NCBI GenBank assembly: GCA_036338335.1
Contig: JAYZCL010000025.1
Location: 4,681 to 68,680 of the forward strand
Source: Fidelibacterota bacterium
Lineage (GTDB): Bacteria; Fidelibacterota; Marinisomatia; Marinisomatales; S15-B10
Reading direction: 5' to 3'
DNA length: 64,000 bases
The notes under the pieces were generated by a model. That model saw nothing but the letters and a program-made list of their open reading frames with translations. It made no database searches and was not told the origin of the DNA. The position numbers were made by a program, and so were the translations under genes. Below are positions 1 to 9,103 of the stretch, one piece after another. How positions within the stretch are numbered: the stretch's first letter is position 1; every line of letters begins with the position of its first letter.

Positions 1-681
1 ACCTTTGCTTTTGCTCCCGGTGCGGGCATGTCCTCATTCTCCGCCAGTTTCCAGAATGTGGCGAGAACGAATGAGAAGACTAGTTTGGACACTCTTGTAT
101 ACACCAGCTACACAGGGAAAGATTCGATTGCGTTTCGAGACAATCGTGAGAATACAATGACAAGCAATCGTTTTGTTTCAGTAGGCGTTCCGGTCAGGCG
201 CAACGGAAGCAGTTACAATTTTCTGATGACCTACAATTCTATTGGAGTTGAAGACATGCTCGAGAAAGAACGAACTTCTGAATATGTCCAAAAAGCGGCG
301 AATTCGGAGGCGATATCTCTGATCACATCGGCGAAATTTAACAGCCCGCTTCAGGCAACGTTGATGCTGTCAAGATATACGGTCCAGATTCCCATGGCGG
401 GAGCTGATCTCACAGACAGCGAATCACGGCTGACGACGATCGGAGGGAACGGCACTTACGGTCTTTGGGGCGGAAGAGCAAAGCTTTCGGCCGGATTATC
501 ACTTCTCACCGTAACCGGGGTGTCGCAGTTTACCTTTATTGGTCTTAATGGTGGCGTAGAGTTTAAACCATTCAATAAATTTGTTATTCGCTCATCAGCA
601 TCATCAAAGATAAAATCCACAGACAAGGGAACTGAGGTCGGAACATTGGCTGTGAAATTGTCGGCCAATTATGTATTTTAG
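1..681 (+). CDS. outer-membrane beta-barrel-like protein, 5'-truncated by the window edge
   Basis: The frame of ORF 28..681 stays open back to nt 1. The sequence alternates polar and hydrophobic strands and ends in ...LSANYVF, a terminal aromatic typical of OM barrels. No family recognised. Confidence 0.5.
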   Translation, partial: TFAFAPGAGMSSFSASFQNVARTNEKTSLDTLVYTSYTGKDSIAFRDNRENTMTSNRFVSVGVPVRRNGSSYNFLMTYNSIGVEDMLEKERTSEYVQKAANSEAISLITSAKFNSPLQATLMLSRYTVQIPMAGADLTDSESRLTTIGGNGTYGLWGGRAKLSAGLSLLTVTGVSQFTFIGLNGGVEFKPFNKFVIRSSASSKIKSTDKGTEVGTLAVKLSANYVF

Positions 682-704
682 CTTAACGTTGATTTACATC
701 CCCA

Positions 705-3185
705 ATGAAGACAGTTCTTGACCTCCTCAAAAAGCAGGCCGTTGGTCTCGGTATCACCTTGGGTTCGCTGCTACTTGTGTTTTTCCTTCACCGAATTCAC
801 ACTTTCGATACGTTTGAACTAAAGGTTATCGATCTCGCCTTCAAGACTCGCGGTCCGCTGTCGGGCTGGGCCGCCCGTGAAGAGATTCCAAAGGACAGCA
901 TCGACGTGGTACTTATTGATGTTGACGATGAGAGCTACCGACTTGTTCCGTGGACCTGGCCTTACCCCCGAGAGGTGTGGGGTCAAGTGGTTGAAAATCT
1001 CTCAAAGGCCGGAGCAAAAGTGATTGTTTTCGATATTCAGTTCGACGCGCCGGACAGACAGTCCGAATATCTCAAAGAGATTCGAAACAATCTTCAGGCT
1101 CGCGGACTGAGTGATCTGGTTCCTGCTCATGGTGATTCTCTGTTTTCCGCCGCCATCGTTCGAGCACAGTCTAACGGGACTTCCGTTATACTCGCCACAA
1201 AACTGGTTCAGGAACCAACACGAATGCCGCCTCAGTACATCCAGTACCCAAACAACATTTTGCAATCGGCAGAAACAGACTACGGCCTCGTAAACGAAGC
1301 GCCGGACAGGGATGGCTTCTCACGACAGTATTTTACATTTCTCAAGCTTGAGAAAGAGCCGGGCGTTTTTTATCCCACTCTCGGGATGAAGGCCATTCAG
1401 AAGTATCTGGGGATTTCAGACGACTCATTGCCGAAACTGACCGATGACGGAAGTATGCTTCGGTACGGGCCGCTGGATATCCCAATGTTCAGCGGAGACG
1501 GCAGGTTTCTGGTGAATATTTACGGCCCCCCGTCGGGAGTGAATATAGGCGAGAGCGAAGCGTGGAAGACTTTCAATCGTTACCCCCTTTCCAACGTAGT
1601 GGATGTGGCGGATGTTGACTTGAACGATTTTGATGAAGATACTGACTGGATGAGCCAGTTTCTTCCCGGAGAGATTCCTCGGTGGGTAGAAGAAATCGAA
1701 GATCCGGAGGCAAGAAGTCAACTTATGGTGGAGCTTGGAATCGGCTCGGACTTTGACATTACTGAATCACCATTTTACAACAAGATTGTCCTCATCGGTG
1801 TTTCGGTAGAGGTGTTGCACGATTTTAAACAGACGTCTTTCTTCACTTTCGCCGGTGAACAGAACCCCATGCCGGGATTTGAATTTCATGCCAATGCCAT
1901 TCAAACCCTTCTAGATCGGAATTTTATTAATGTCTACGGAGGAGCGATTGGCTGGGTGACTGATTCAAGATTTCCCCACATACTGCTTATTTCCGGTCTT
2001 GCAATTATTGCCTATTTCTTCATTTCTTTTCTGAACCCGGTGCTGGCCGGTGTCGGAATTATTGTGGAGGTACTTCTGTTTATCAGTATAGCTATTGGTG
2101 CCTTTACGAATGACAGCTTCTGGTTGATTAAGATGCTGACGGGAAATTGGGGCAGTATCAATATGCCGGAGATTAAAGAATCTTTTGTGATCCCAATTGT
2201 GGCGCCCATATTCGGGATATTCATTACCTACACCAGCAACGTTCTGTATCGAATCATAGTTGAGCAGAAAGATAAGCGGTTCCTAAAGAATACATTTGGT
2301 ACTTACGTCTCTCCCCAGCTTATCGATCAAATGTACGACGCAAAACAGGAGCCGAAGCTCGGCGGTGAAGCCGGTTATCATACAGCATTCTTTTCCGATA
2401 TCCAGAGCTTCTCCTCCTTCTCGGAAGTACTTGAGCCGGAACGGATGGTGGCACTGATGAATGAGTATCTTACTGACATGACAGACATCCTGTTGGAGCA
2501 TGGCGGAACTCTCGATAAGTATATCGGAGATGCTATAGTTGCATTCTATGGTGCGCCGGTTCCAGTGGAAGATCATGAATACCGCGCGTGCATTACTGCC
2601 CTCGCCATGGAAAAGCACCTTGCTACGTTACGTGAAAAATGGTCAGGATCCGATGAATGGCCCGAGCAGGTGCACAACACACGCCATCGGGTGGGACTTA
2701 ACTCAGGTGATATGGTGACAGGCAATATGGGTTCAAACATGCGGATGAACTATACCATGATGGGCGATACGGTTAACATCGCCGCCCGCCTTGAGGCATC
2801 AGCAAAGCTGTACGGAGTTTACATTCAGGTTGCGGAGAATACTTACACAGCGGTCAAGGATCAATTCGAGTGGCGTTTCCTCGACAATGTGAGAGTGAAG
2901 GGGAAAAAGAAACCTGTAAAAGTTTTTGAACTTCTGGCGGAAAAAAGTGATCTAGATGATGACTATTGCAAGTTGATTCCCACATTTAATGAAGGTCTCG
3001 ATCTCTATTTGTCACAAGACTGGGACAAGAGTCTCAGTGCCTTTAAAGAGGCGGAAGCTTTAGAGGAAATATTTCCGGCACGGCCGACCAATCCAAGCAG
3101 CGTCTACATCGAACGTTGTGAGTACCTCAAGAAGAATCCGCCCGGTGATGACTGGGACGGTATCTGGACTCTTACGTCAAAATAG
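705..3185 (+). CDS. CHASE2-domain membrane sensor fused to a class III adenylate/guanylate cyclase
   Basis: 826 aa. N-terminal TM, a large extracytoplasmic CHASE2-like region and a TM cluster around aa 425-520. Cyclase core motifs: FFSDIQSFSSFSE, GDAIVAFYGAP, GLNSGDMVTGNMGS, MGDTVNIAARLE. Confidence 0.9.
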   Translation: MKTVLDLLKKQAVGLGITLGSLLLVFFLHRIHTFDTFELKVIDLAFKTRGPLSGWAAREEIPKDSIDVVLIDVDDESYRLVPWTWPYPREVWGQVVENLSKAGAKVIVFDIQFDAPDRQSEYLKEIRNNLQARGLSDLVPAHGDSLFSAAIVRAQSNGTSVILATKLVQEPTRMPPQYIQYPNNILQSAETDYGLVNEAPDRDGFSRQYFTFLKLEKEPGVFYPTLGMKAIQKYLGISDDSLPKLTDDGSMLRYGPLDIPMFSGDGRFLVNIYGPPSGVNIGESEAWKTFNRYPLSNVVDVADVDLNDFDEDTDWMSQFLPGEIPRWVEEIEDPEARSQLMVELGIGSDFDITESPFYNKIVLIGVSVEVLHDFKQTSFFTFAGEQNPMPGFEFHANAIQTLLDRNFINVYGGAIGWVTDSRFPHILLISGLAIIAYFFISFLNPVLAGVGIIVEVLLFISIAIGAFTNDSFWLIKMLTGNWGSINMPEIKESFVIPIVAPIFGIFITYTSNVLYRIIVEQKDKRFLKNTFGTYVSPQLIDQMYDAKQEPKLGGEAGYHTAFFSDIQSFSSFSEVLEPERMVALMNEYLTDMTDILLEHGGTLDKYIGDAIVAFYGAPVPVEDHEYRACITALAMEKHLATLREKWSGSDEWPEQVHNTRHRVGLNSGDMVTGNMGSNMRMNYTMMGDTVNIAARLEASAKLYGVYIQVAENTYTAVKDQFEWRFLDNVRVKGKKKPVKVFELLAEKSDLDDDYCKLIPTFNEGLDLYLSQDWDKSLSAFKEAEALEEIFPARPTNPSSVYIERCEYLKKNPPGDDWDGIWTLTSK

Positions 3186-3248
3186 TATTTCAAAAATGAC
3201 CATTCCCTCTTTCCAAATAATATATACGCCCGGTTTTAGCTCGGAAAA

Positions 3249-4808
3249 ATGAGTAAACGGGGAAGAATACTCTGGGTCGACGATGAGGTCGACCTGCTCA
3301 AGCCTCATATTCTCTACCTCGAGGAGAAAGGTTATTCAGTCGAGAAGGTCACCAACGGTCGGGACGGCTTGTCAAAAATTGAGAGGGAGCAGTTCGATCT
3401 TGTCCTTCTTGATCAGGTGATGCCAGGGATAGATGGAATTTCTGTTCTTAAAGATATGAAGGAATTCAATCCTCATCTGCCGGTGATCATGATCACCAAG
3501 AATGAAGAAGAGTGGCTCATGGATGAGGCGATATCGGAAAAGACAGCCGGTTACCTCACGAAGCCTGTTAATCCCAGCCAGATCTTTCTCGCCTGTAAAA
3601 AGATTCTAGAGGGAAATGCAATTCTGGAACAAAAGGCCGCCGCCGCATATCTGGAAGAGTTTCAAGAGATTGAGAGGCTGTTGGCCGAAGCTCGTGAGAT
3701 GGACGATTGGTGGGATCTCTACCACCGTTTAGTTAAGTGGCAGATTGAACTGGATAGCCAGAAAGAACTGGGACTTCATGAAACGTTGACCGAGCAGCTT
3801 CGATCTGCAAACCGTGGTTTTGTTCGATTTATCGCCAAACACTATCGTGAATGGATGGGTGCGAAGCCGGGACAGCGGCCCTGTCTCTCCACAGATTTAG
3901 TTGAGAGTCGTTTGGCACCGCTTCTTCAACAGGATGAAAAAGTTCTTTTTGTAGTCGTCGACTGTCTCAGGTTGGATCAGGCTTTGGCGCTTCTCCCCGC
4001 CGTTCAAAAGAGCTTCCAGACAGAAGTTGATTACCATGTATCTGTCTTGCCGACAGCGACGCCTTTCGCGCGGAACGCGATTTTCAGCGGATGTCATTTG
4101 GCAGACATCCAGCATGAACACCCCAACTTGTGGAAGAAAACTGTTGAAAGTGAATCGAGCATGAATCAGGCCGAGCCAGAGTTGTTCGGACAACTGCTGC
4201 TGAAAATAGCTGGGAGAGACCTGAATCACTCATATCACAAGGTCAACGTGGCGAGGGAAGGCCAGCGGTTTTTGTCTCACATGAAAGAATACGGCAATCA
4301 TTCGGTCATCGCATTGGTCGTCAATTTCGTCGATCTGCTCACCCACCATCGGGCCGAATCTGATGTGCTTCGGGAAATGATTCCTGATGAATCGGGCTAC
4401 CGGAAACTGGTAGAGACTTGGTTTGCTAGTTCCTGGCTGTCGGAGGTATTCGAAACCGCAGCTGACATGGGTTTGACTGTAATTCTCACTACCGATCACG
4501 GTAGCATTCGGGTAAAGCGCGGCGTCAAGGTGGTTGCAGACCGCGAAACATCTACGGGGGTTCGGTACAAATACGGCCGGAGTCTTCAATGTTCGGAGAA
4601 AAACGCTCTTGTAGTCAAACGCGCTTCCGAGTATCGCCTCCCGGAACTGGTCAAAGGGACCAACTTTCTCATCGCCAAGGAGGATGCCTATTTCGTCTAT
4701 CCGACCCAGTATCACAAGTACCTTGGGCAACTTCAGGACAGTTTCCAACACGGTGGCATTTCATTGGAAGAGATGCTCGTCCCGACTATCACTCTCAGGA
4801 AGCGTTAA
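3249..4808 (+). CDS. PorX-type response regulator (CheY-like receiver plus PglZ/alkaline-phosphatase-like domain)
   Basis: 519 aa. Receiver motifs ILWVDDE, DLVLLDQVMPGIDG, TK. PglZ-like motifs VVVDCLRLDQ, TTDHGS, HGGISLEEMLVP. Same architecture and size as the T9SS regulator PorX. Confidence 0.85.
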   Translation: MSKRGRILWVDDEVDLLKPHILYLEEKGYSVEKVTNGRDGLSKIEREQFDLVLLDQVMPGIDGISVLKDMKEFNPHLPVIMITKNEEEWLMDEAISEKTAGYLTKPVNPSQIFLACKKILEGNAILEQKAAAAYLEEFQEIERLLAEAREMDDWWDLYHRLVKWQIELDSQKELGLHETLTEQLRSANRGFVRFIAKHYREWMGAKPGQRPCLSTDLVESRLAPLLQQDEKVLFVVVDCLRLDQALALLPAVQKSFQTEVDYHVSVLPTATPFARNAIFSGCHLADIQHEHPNLWKKTVESESSMNQAEPELFGQLLLKIAGRDLNHSYHKVNVAREGQRFLSHMKEYGNHSVIALVVNFVDLLTHHRAESDVLREMIPDESGYRKLVETWFASSWLSEVFETAADMGLTVILTTDHGSIRVKRGVKVVADRETSTGVRYKYGRSLQCSEKNALVVKRASEYRLPELVKGTNFLIAKEDAYFVYPTQYHKYLGQLQDSFQHGGISLEEMLVPTITLRKR

Positions 4809-4809
4809 A

Positions 4810-5250
4810 GTGCGCCGTAAATTCATAACCAACACTGCCGAAGAGACTTTTGCTGAAGGAAGTCGGTTTGCCAAGGGACTTTCTGCTGGAGATGTGGTGG
4901 CGCTATCTGGGGAACTCGGAAGCGGAAAGACACTTTTCACGCAGGGGATTTCCGAAAGCCTCGGCGTCAAGGATGTGGTGAATTCACCAACGTTTAAGCT
5001 TATTGGTGAGTATGACTCGACTCCACCGCTCTATCACTTTGATTTCTACAGATTAGAATCCGCGGAAGAGGCGGTCGCCCTCGGAATTGAACACTATTTT
5101 TTTGGGGAGGGAATCTCAGTAGTGGAGTGGGCCGACCTCTTTCCCCAACTGATTCCTGTTGATGCCATACAGGTGTTGATCAAAATACGGGGAGAACGTT
5201 CGCGAGAGATCCTTGTAGAAAGGAGAATAGCTGAGACTGCTGGCGGTTGA
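4810..5250 (+). CDS. tsaE: tRNA t6A37 biosynthesis ATPase TsaE
   Basis: P-loop GELGSGKTLFTQGI, plus SPTFKLIGEY and HFDFYRL. Start moved to the in-frame GTG at 4810, 1 nt after the upstream stop. The track ATG at 4684 would overlap the upstream gene by 125 nt. Confidence 0.85.
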   Translation: MRRKFITNTAEETFAEGSRFAKGLSAGDVVALSGELGSGKTLFTQGISESLGVKDVVNSPTFKLIGEYDSTPPLYHFDFYRLESAEEAVALGIEHYFFGEGISVVEWADLFPQLIPVDAIQVLIKIRGERSREILVERRIAETAGG

Positions 5251-5893
5251 AACTGCCTCCGCCGTCTGCGGTGTTGCCATTACGGAAGGAGAGGATGTGA
5301 TTGTTTCTCGGGAAGAAGTTCTCGAACGGAAGCACGCGGAAAAACTTCCCGACTTTTGTCGGGAGGTGTTGAATGAGAGTGGCTTTTCCGTTCACAATCT
5401 TGAGGGAGTCGCTGTTTCCATCGGCCCCGGCTCGTTTACGGGGTTGAGAATCGGCTTGAGTTTTGCCAAAGGAATTGCCTTCAGCGCGGATCTTCCGCTT
5501 GTTCCCGTTCCGACGCTTCTCGCCATGGCGGAGGCTTCTTCTTTAAGCGGCATCGGAGCGGATACCTGTCTCCGTTCTCACAAAGAGATCGTTTATCATC
5601 AACGGTTCAAACTGGAGGCCAACGGATGGGCGGCTGAGAGCAGACCGGACTGTGGAGAATGGGAGGCAGTGGCGCCAGGAATCGCGAAGGAAAGCTGTTT
5701 CATCCATTTCGGATGCAACGACTTGCTGGATCGTCTTGAGCAGGAAGTCGAAATCCTGGAGAGTTCTCCATCAGCAGTGTCCGTGGCAAGAGTAGCTCTG
5801 AATCGTTTTGAAGAGCTTTCTATGACAGATTACCACCACCTTGAGCCCGACTATATCTCTTCGTTTAAGACCGGTGGCTCTTCCTCCAGGTGA
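5231..5893 (+). CDS. tsaB: tRNA t6A37 biosynthesis protein TsaB; probable CTG start
   Basis: GPGSFTGLRIGLSFAKGIA motif. The conserved TsaB N-terminus (LRLLAVETASAVCGVAI, compare the MRILAIDTA type) lies upstream of the first GTG at 5297. It begins at CTG 5231, directly after an in-frame TAG, with SD AGGAG at 5221-5225. Confidence 0.8.
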   Translation: MRLLAVETASAVCGVAITEGEDVIVSREEVLERKHAEKLPDFCREVLNESGFSVHNLEGVAVSIGPGSFTGLRIGLSFAKGIAFSADLPLVPVPTLLAMAEASSLSGIGADTCLRSHKEIVYHQRFKLEANGWAAESRPDCGEWEAVAPGIAKESCFIHFGCNDLLDRLEQEVEILESSPSAVSVARVALNRFEELSMTDYHHLEPDYISSFKTGGSSSR

Positions 5894-5932
5894 GATTGGA
5901 TTATCGGGGGAGATTCGCCAAATTCGTAAGCT

Positions 5933-6793
5933 ATGACGGCATGGTTCAAGCGACAAAAAGAGAAAGTTACCACAACAGAAAAGAAATCCATTCCGGACGG
6001 CCTGTGGGAGAAGTGCCCAAAATGCGAGGAGATTTTATTCAAACGGGAATTGACCAAGGTGCTGATGGTCTGCCCTCACTGCCGTTTCCACTTCAGATTG
6101 ACGCCTGAAGAGTATCTTAGAATCTTGTTCGGGGACGAAAAGTATGAGGAGCTGAATGCTTACCTTCGATCCGCCGATCCTCTCAAGTTCAAAGCGAAGA
6201 AAAGCTATTCTGATCAACTCAAATCTGCCGTAGTCAAAACAGGAAGTTCAGATGTAATCCAGACCTATGTCGGTCGAATTGAGGGGAAGACCGTCGTTCT
6301 TGGCGTTATGGATTTTGCATTTATCGGAGGGAGTATGGGTTCGGTGGTGGGTGAAAAAATTTCTCGTGCTGTCGATTACGCTCTGGAGAAAAAACTACCC
6401 CTGATCATGATATGCGCCTCGGGCGGCGCCCGGATGCAAGAAGGTGTCTACTCATTGATGCAATTGGCGAAAATCTCGGTAAAACTGGCGAGGTTTTCAA
6501 AAGCCGGTGGCCTCTATATCTCCATTCTCACAGATCCCACCACCGGTGGAGTCAGCGCAAGCTTTGGGATGCAAGGCGACGTGATCCTTGCCGAGCCGGG
6601 AGCCCTTATCGGTTTTGCTGGGCCAAGAGTGATTAAGCAGACGATCGGGGAAGACCTTCCGGAAGGGTTCCAGCGATCTGAGTTTCTTGTTGAGAAAGGA
6701 TTTGTTGACAGGATCATTCACAGGAGTGAAATGAAAGAGACGCTTGGCAGAATCATTGCGTTTGCACATGACGGAGAAGCAGCCCTTGCCTGA
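5933..6793 (+). CDS. accD: acetyl-CoA carboxylase carboxyltransferase beta subunit
   Basis: Zn ribbon CPKCEEILFKRELTKVLMVCPHC; GGSMGSVVGEK; GGARMQEG. Confidence 0.95.
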   Translation: MTAWFKRQKEKVTTTEKKSIPDGLWEKCPKCEEILFKRELTKVLMVCPHCRFHFRLTPEEYLRILFGDEKYEELNAYLRSADPLKFKAKKSYSDQLKSAVVKTGSSDVIQTYVGRIEGKTVVLGVMDFAFIGGSMGSVVGEKISRAVDYALEKKLPLIMICASGGARMQEGVYSLMQLAKISVKLARFSKAGGLYISILTDPTTGGVSASFGMQGDVILAEPGALIGFAGPRVIKQTIGEDLPEGFQRSEFLVEKGFVDRIIHRSEMKETLGRIIAFAHDGEAALA

Positions 6794-7565
6794 GCCGCTT
6801 ATTCTTGTCACCAATGACGACGGGTTCTACGCGAACGGTATTTACGTCCTCCAACAGGTAGTGGCTGATATTGGAGAGACAGTTGTGGTGGCACCTGAGA
6901 CTGAAAAGAGTGCAGTTGGGCACGCCATCACTATTTCACATCCCATTCGGATCAGTGAACTGGAGCGTGAGAACGGTTTTTCTGGCCACGCGGTTGCGGG
7001 GACCCCGGCGGACTGTGTGAAGCTAGGGATCAAGGTTGTCCTTGACAGGAAGCCCGATCTGGTCGTTTCTGGCATCAACAGAGGGTCAAATGTGGGAATG
7101 AGTATACTTTACTCCGGTACGGTCTCCGCAGCCACAGAAGCAGTAATTTTAGGCGTACCGGCCATCGCCGTCTCACTGGATGCGTGGGTGACACCGGACT
7201 ATTCATACGCCGCCACAGTTGCCAAGAGATTTGTTAAAATGGTCTTGGAGAATGGGATCGAACCCGGGGTTGCTCTCAATATCAACGTGCCGAAGACGCC
7301 TGATGGAGAAGCTGCTGGTTTTCGTGTAACAAGGCAAGGGACAAGCAACTACGAGGAACGCTTCGACCAGAGGATCGATCCACGTCAGAATGTCTATTAC
7401 TGGATGGATGGTGAACTCGTTTCTCATGAAGACGATCCATCGGTGGATGATGTTGCTCTCAGGGAAGGATATGTTTCTGTAACGCCTCTACGTTATAACC
7501 TGACGAGCGAGGAGTCGTTTGCCAATCTCAAGACTTGGAAGGTATTCCAGAACAATGTTGCATAA
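6768..7565 (+). CDS. surE: 5'/3'-nucleotidase SurE
   Basis: LILVTNDDGFYANGI, SGINRGSNVG, YSGTVSAATEA. ATG 6768 chosen; the track start 6744 is also possible. Confidence 0.93.
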   Translation: MTEKQPLPEPLILVTNDDGFYANGIYVLQQVVADIGETVVVAPETEKSAVGHAITISHPIRISELERENGFSGHAVAGTPADCVKLGIKVVLDRKPDLVVSGINRGSNVGMSILYSGTVSAATEAVILGVPAIAVSLDAWVTPDYSYAATVAKRFVKMVLENGIEPGVALNINVPKTPDGEAAGFRVTRQGTSNYEERFDQRIDPRQNVYYWMDGELVSHEDDPSVDDVALREGYVSVTPLRYNLTSEESFANLKTWKVFQNNVA

Positions 7566-9096
7566 GCAGACAGTTCTTATCATCGATTACGGCTCTCAGT
7601 ACACTCAGTTAATAGCGCGAAGGATTCGGGAACAGAACGTCTACTCCGAAATTGTTTCCCATTTGGTATCATCTGAAGAAATCCGTCAGCGAAACCCTAA
7701 GGCGGTCGTTCTTTCGGGTGGTCCAGACAGTGTTTATTCTGAGGGTGCACCTACACTCGATCCCTTAGTCATGGAATTGGGCGTTCCCGTTCTTGGAATC
7801 TGCTACGGTTTTGGACTACTCATGACGTACGATGGCGGCGTGGTTATGTCGAATGGTCAGCGTGAATACGGATTTGCTGAACTTGATGTTAAAAACGGTA
7901 GCCGCTTACTCAACGGCATTTCCGAAAAGAGCCAGGTCTGGATGAGCCACGGTGACGCGGTGGACGAATTGCCAGAGAACTGGTCGGTGTTGGCTCGATC
8001 CGGTAATGGTGTGTTGGCGGCAGCTGAGCGAAATGGCGGTGTTGTAATCGGAACGCAGTTCCACCCTGAGGTTGTTCATACCGTTGATGGAAAGAAGATA
8101 ATCTCCAACTTTTTATTTGATGTTGCCGGCTGTGAGAAAGATTGGACGCCGGCATCTTTTGTGGAATCGACGATCAGTGAGATTCGAGAAATAGTTGGAG
8201 AAGAAAATGTACTTTGTGGTGTGAGTGGCGGCGTTGACTCGGCGGTACTTGCGAAACTGATTCATGAGGCGGTGGGAAACCAGCTCAGGTGCGTGTTTGT
8301 GGATCATGGACTACTGAGAAAAAATGAGGCGGACTATATCAGCGGGAGACTTGCCTACAGCCTTGGCTTCGAAGTAGAATATCACGATTTTTCTAAGATA
8401 TTCCTGTCACATCTAGATGGGATCGTTGATCCAGAAGAAAAACGTCGAATTATCGGTGAACAGTTTATCCGTTCATTTGAATCGGCTGTCCAATCGGACG
8501 CCGATTTCAGGTTTCTTGGGCAGGGTACTCTCTATCCCGACATCATCGAAAGCGGCGGCGTCCGAGGTACTGCTGATATTATCAAGTCTCACCACAACGT
8601 GGGTGGTCTTCCCGATGATATGGAGTTTGAGCTTCTTGAGCCGCTCAGAGAGCTCTTTAAGGACGAAGTGAGGGAGGTAGGGAAGGAACTTGGCCTCCCG
8701 AATGACGTTTTAGGGAGACATCCTTTTCCGGGGCCCGGCCTCGGTGTGAGAATCATCGGAAAAATCACTAAACAGAGAGTAAATATTCTTCAGGAGGCTG
8801 ATCATATTTTCATTGAAGCACTTCGAGATCACAACATTTACGACGAAATTTGGCAGGCATTTGCGGTGCTCGTGCCTGTGAAAACTGTCGGCGTCATGGG
8901 AGATGAGAGAACATACGCAAATCTCATCGCCCTCCGGGCGGTGACCAGTGTGGACGGAATGACCGCCGATTGGTATCGCCTACCTGAAGAAGTCATCGTG
9001 AAAGTGTCAAACAAGATCGTTAATTCGGTTCCGGGAGTGAACAGAGTTGTTTACGATGTGAGTTCTAAGCCGCCCAGTACCATCGAGTGGGAGTAG
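7555..9096 (+). CDS. guaA: GMP synthase (glutamine-hydrolysing)
   Basis: The N-terminus MLHKQTVLIIDYGSQYTQLIARRIRE starts at the internal ATG 7555. GATase motif GICYG, ATP-PPase motif SGGVDSAV, C-terminus PPSTIEWE. Confidence 0.96.
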   Translation: MLHKQTVLIIDYGSQYTQLIARRIREQNVYSEIVSHLVSSEEIRQRNPKAVVLSGGPDSVYSEGAPTLDPLVMELGVPVLGICYGFGLLMTYDGGVVMSNGQREYGFAELDVKNGSRLLNGISEKSQVWMSHGDAVDELPENWSVLARSGNGVLAAAERNGGVVIGTQFHPEVVHTVDGKKIISNFLFDVAGCEKDWTPASFVESTISEIREIVGEENVLCGVSGGVDSAVLAKLIHEAVGNQLRCVFVDHGLLRKNEADYISGRLAYSLGFEVEYHDFSKIFLSHLDGIVDPEEKRRIIGEQFIRSFESAVQSDADFRFLGQGTLYPDIIESGGVRGTADIIKSHHNVGGLPDDMEFELLEPLRELFKDEVREVGKELGLPNDVLGRHPFPGPGLGVRIIGKITKQRVNILQEADHIFIEALRDHNIYDEIWQAFAVLVPVKTVGVMGDERTYANLIALRAVTSVDGMTADWYRLPEEVIVKVSNKIVNSVPGVNRVVYDVSSKPPSTIEWE

Positions 9097-9103
9097 ATCG
9101 TCC

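Noticed and set aside
3249-4808. PglZ domain as a marker of a BREX-like phage-defence system.
   Set aside because: The PglZ domain is fused to a CheY-like receiver (PorX architecture). No methyltransferase, BrxC-type ATPase, Lon-like protease or other BREX gene is nearby. The neighbours are tsaE, tsaB and accD.
9097-9103. A glmS ribozyme upstream of glmS.
   Set aside because: The guaA-glmS gap is only 7 nt, which leaves no room for a ribozyme.
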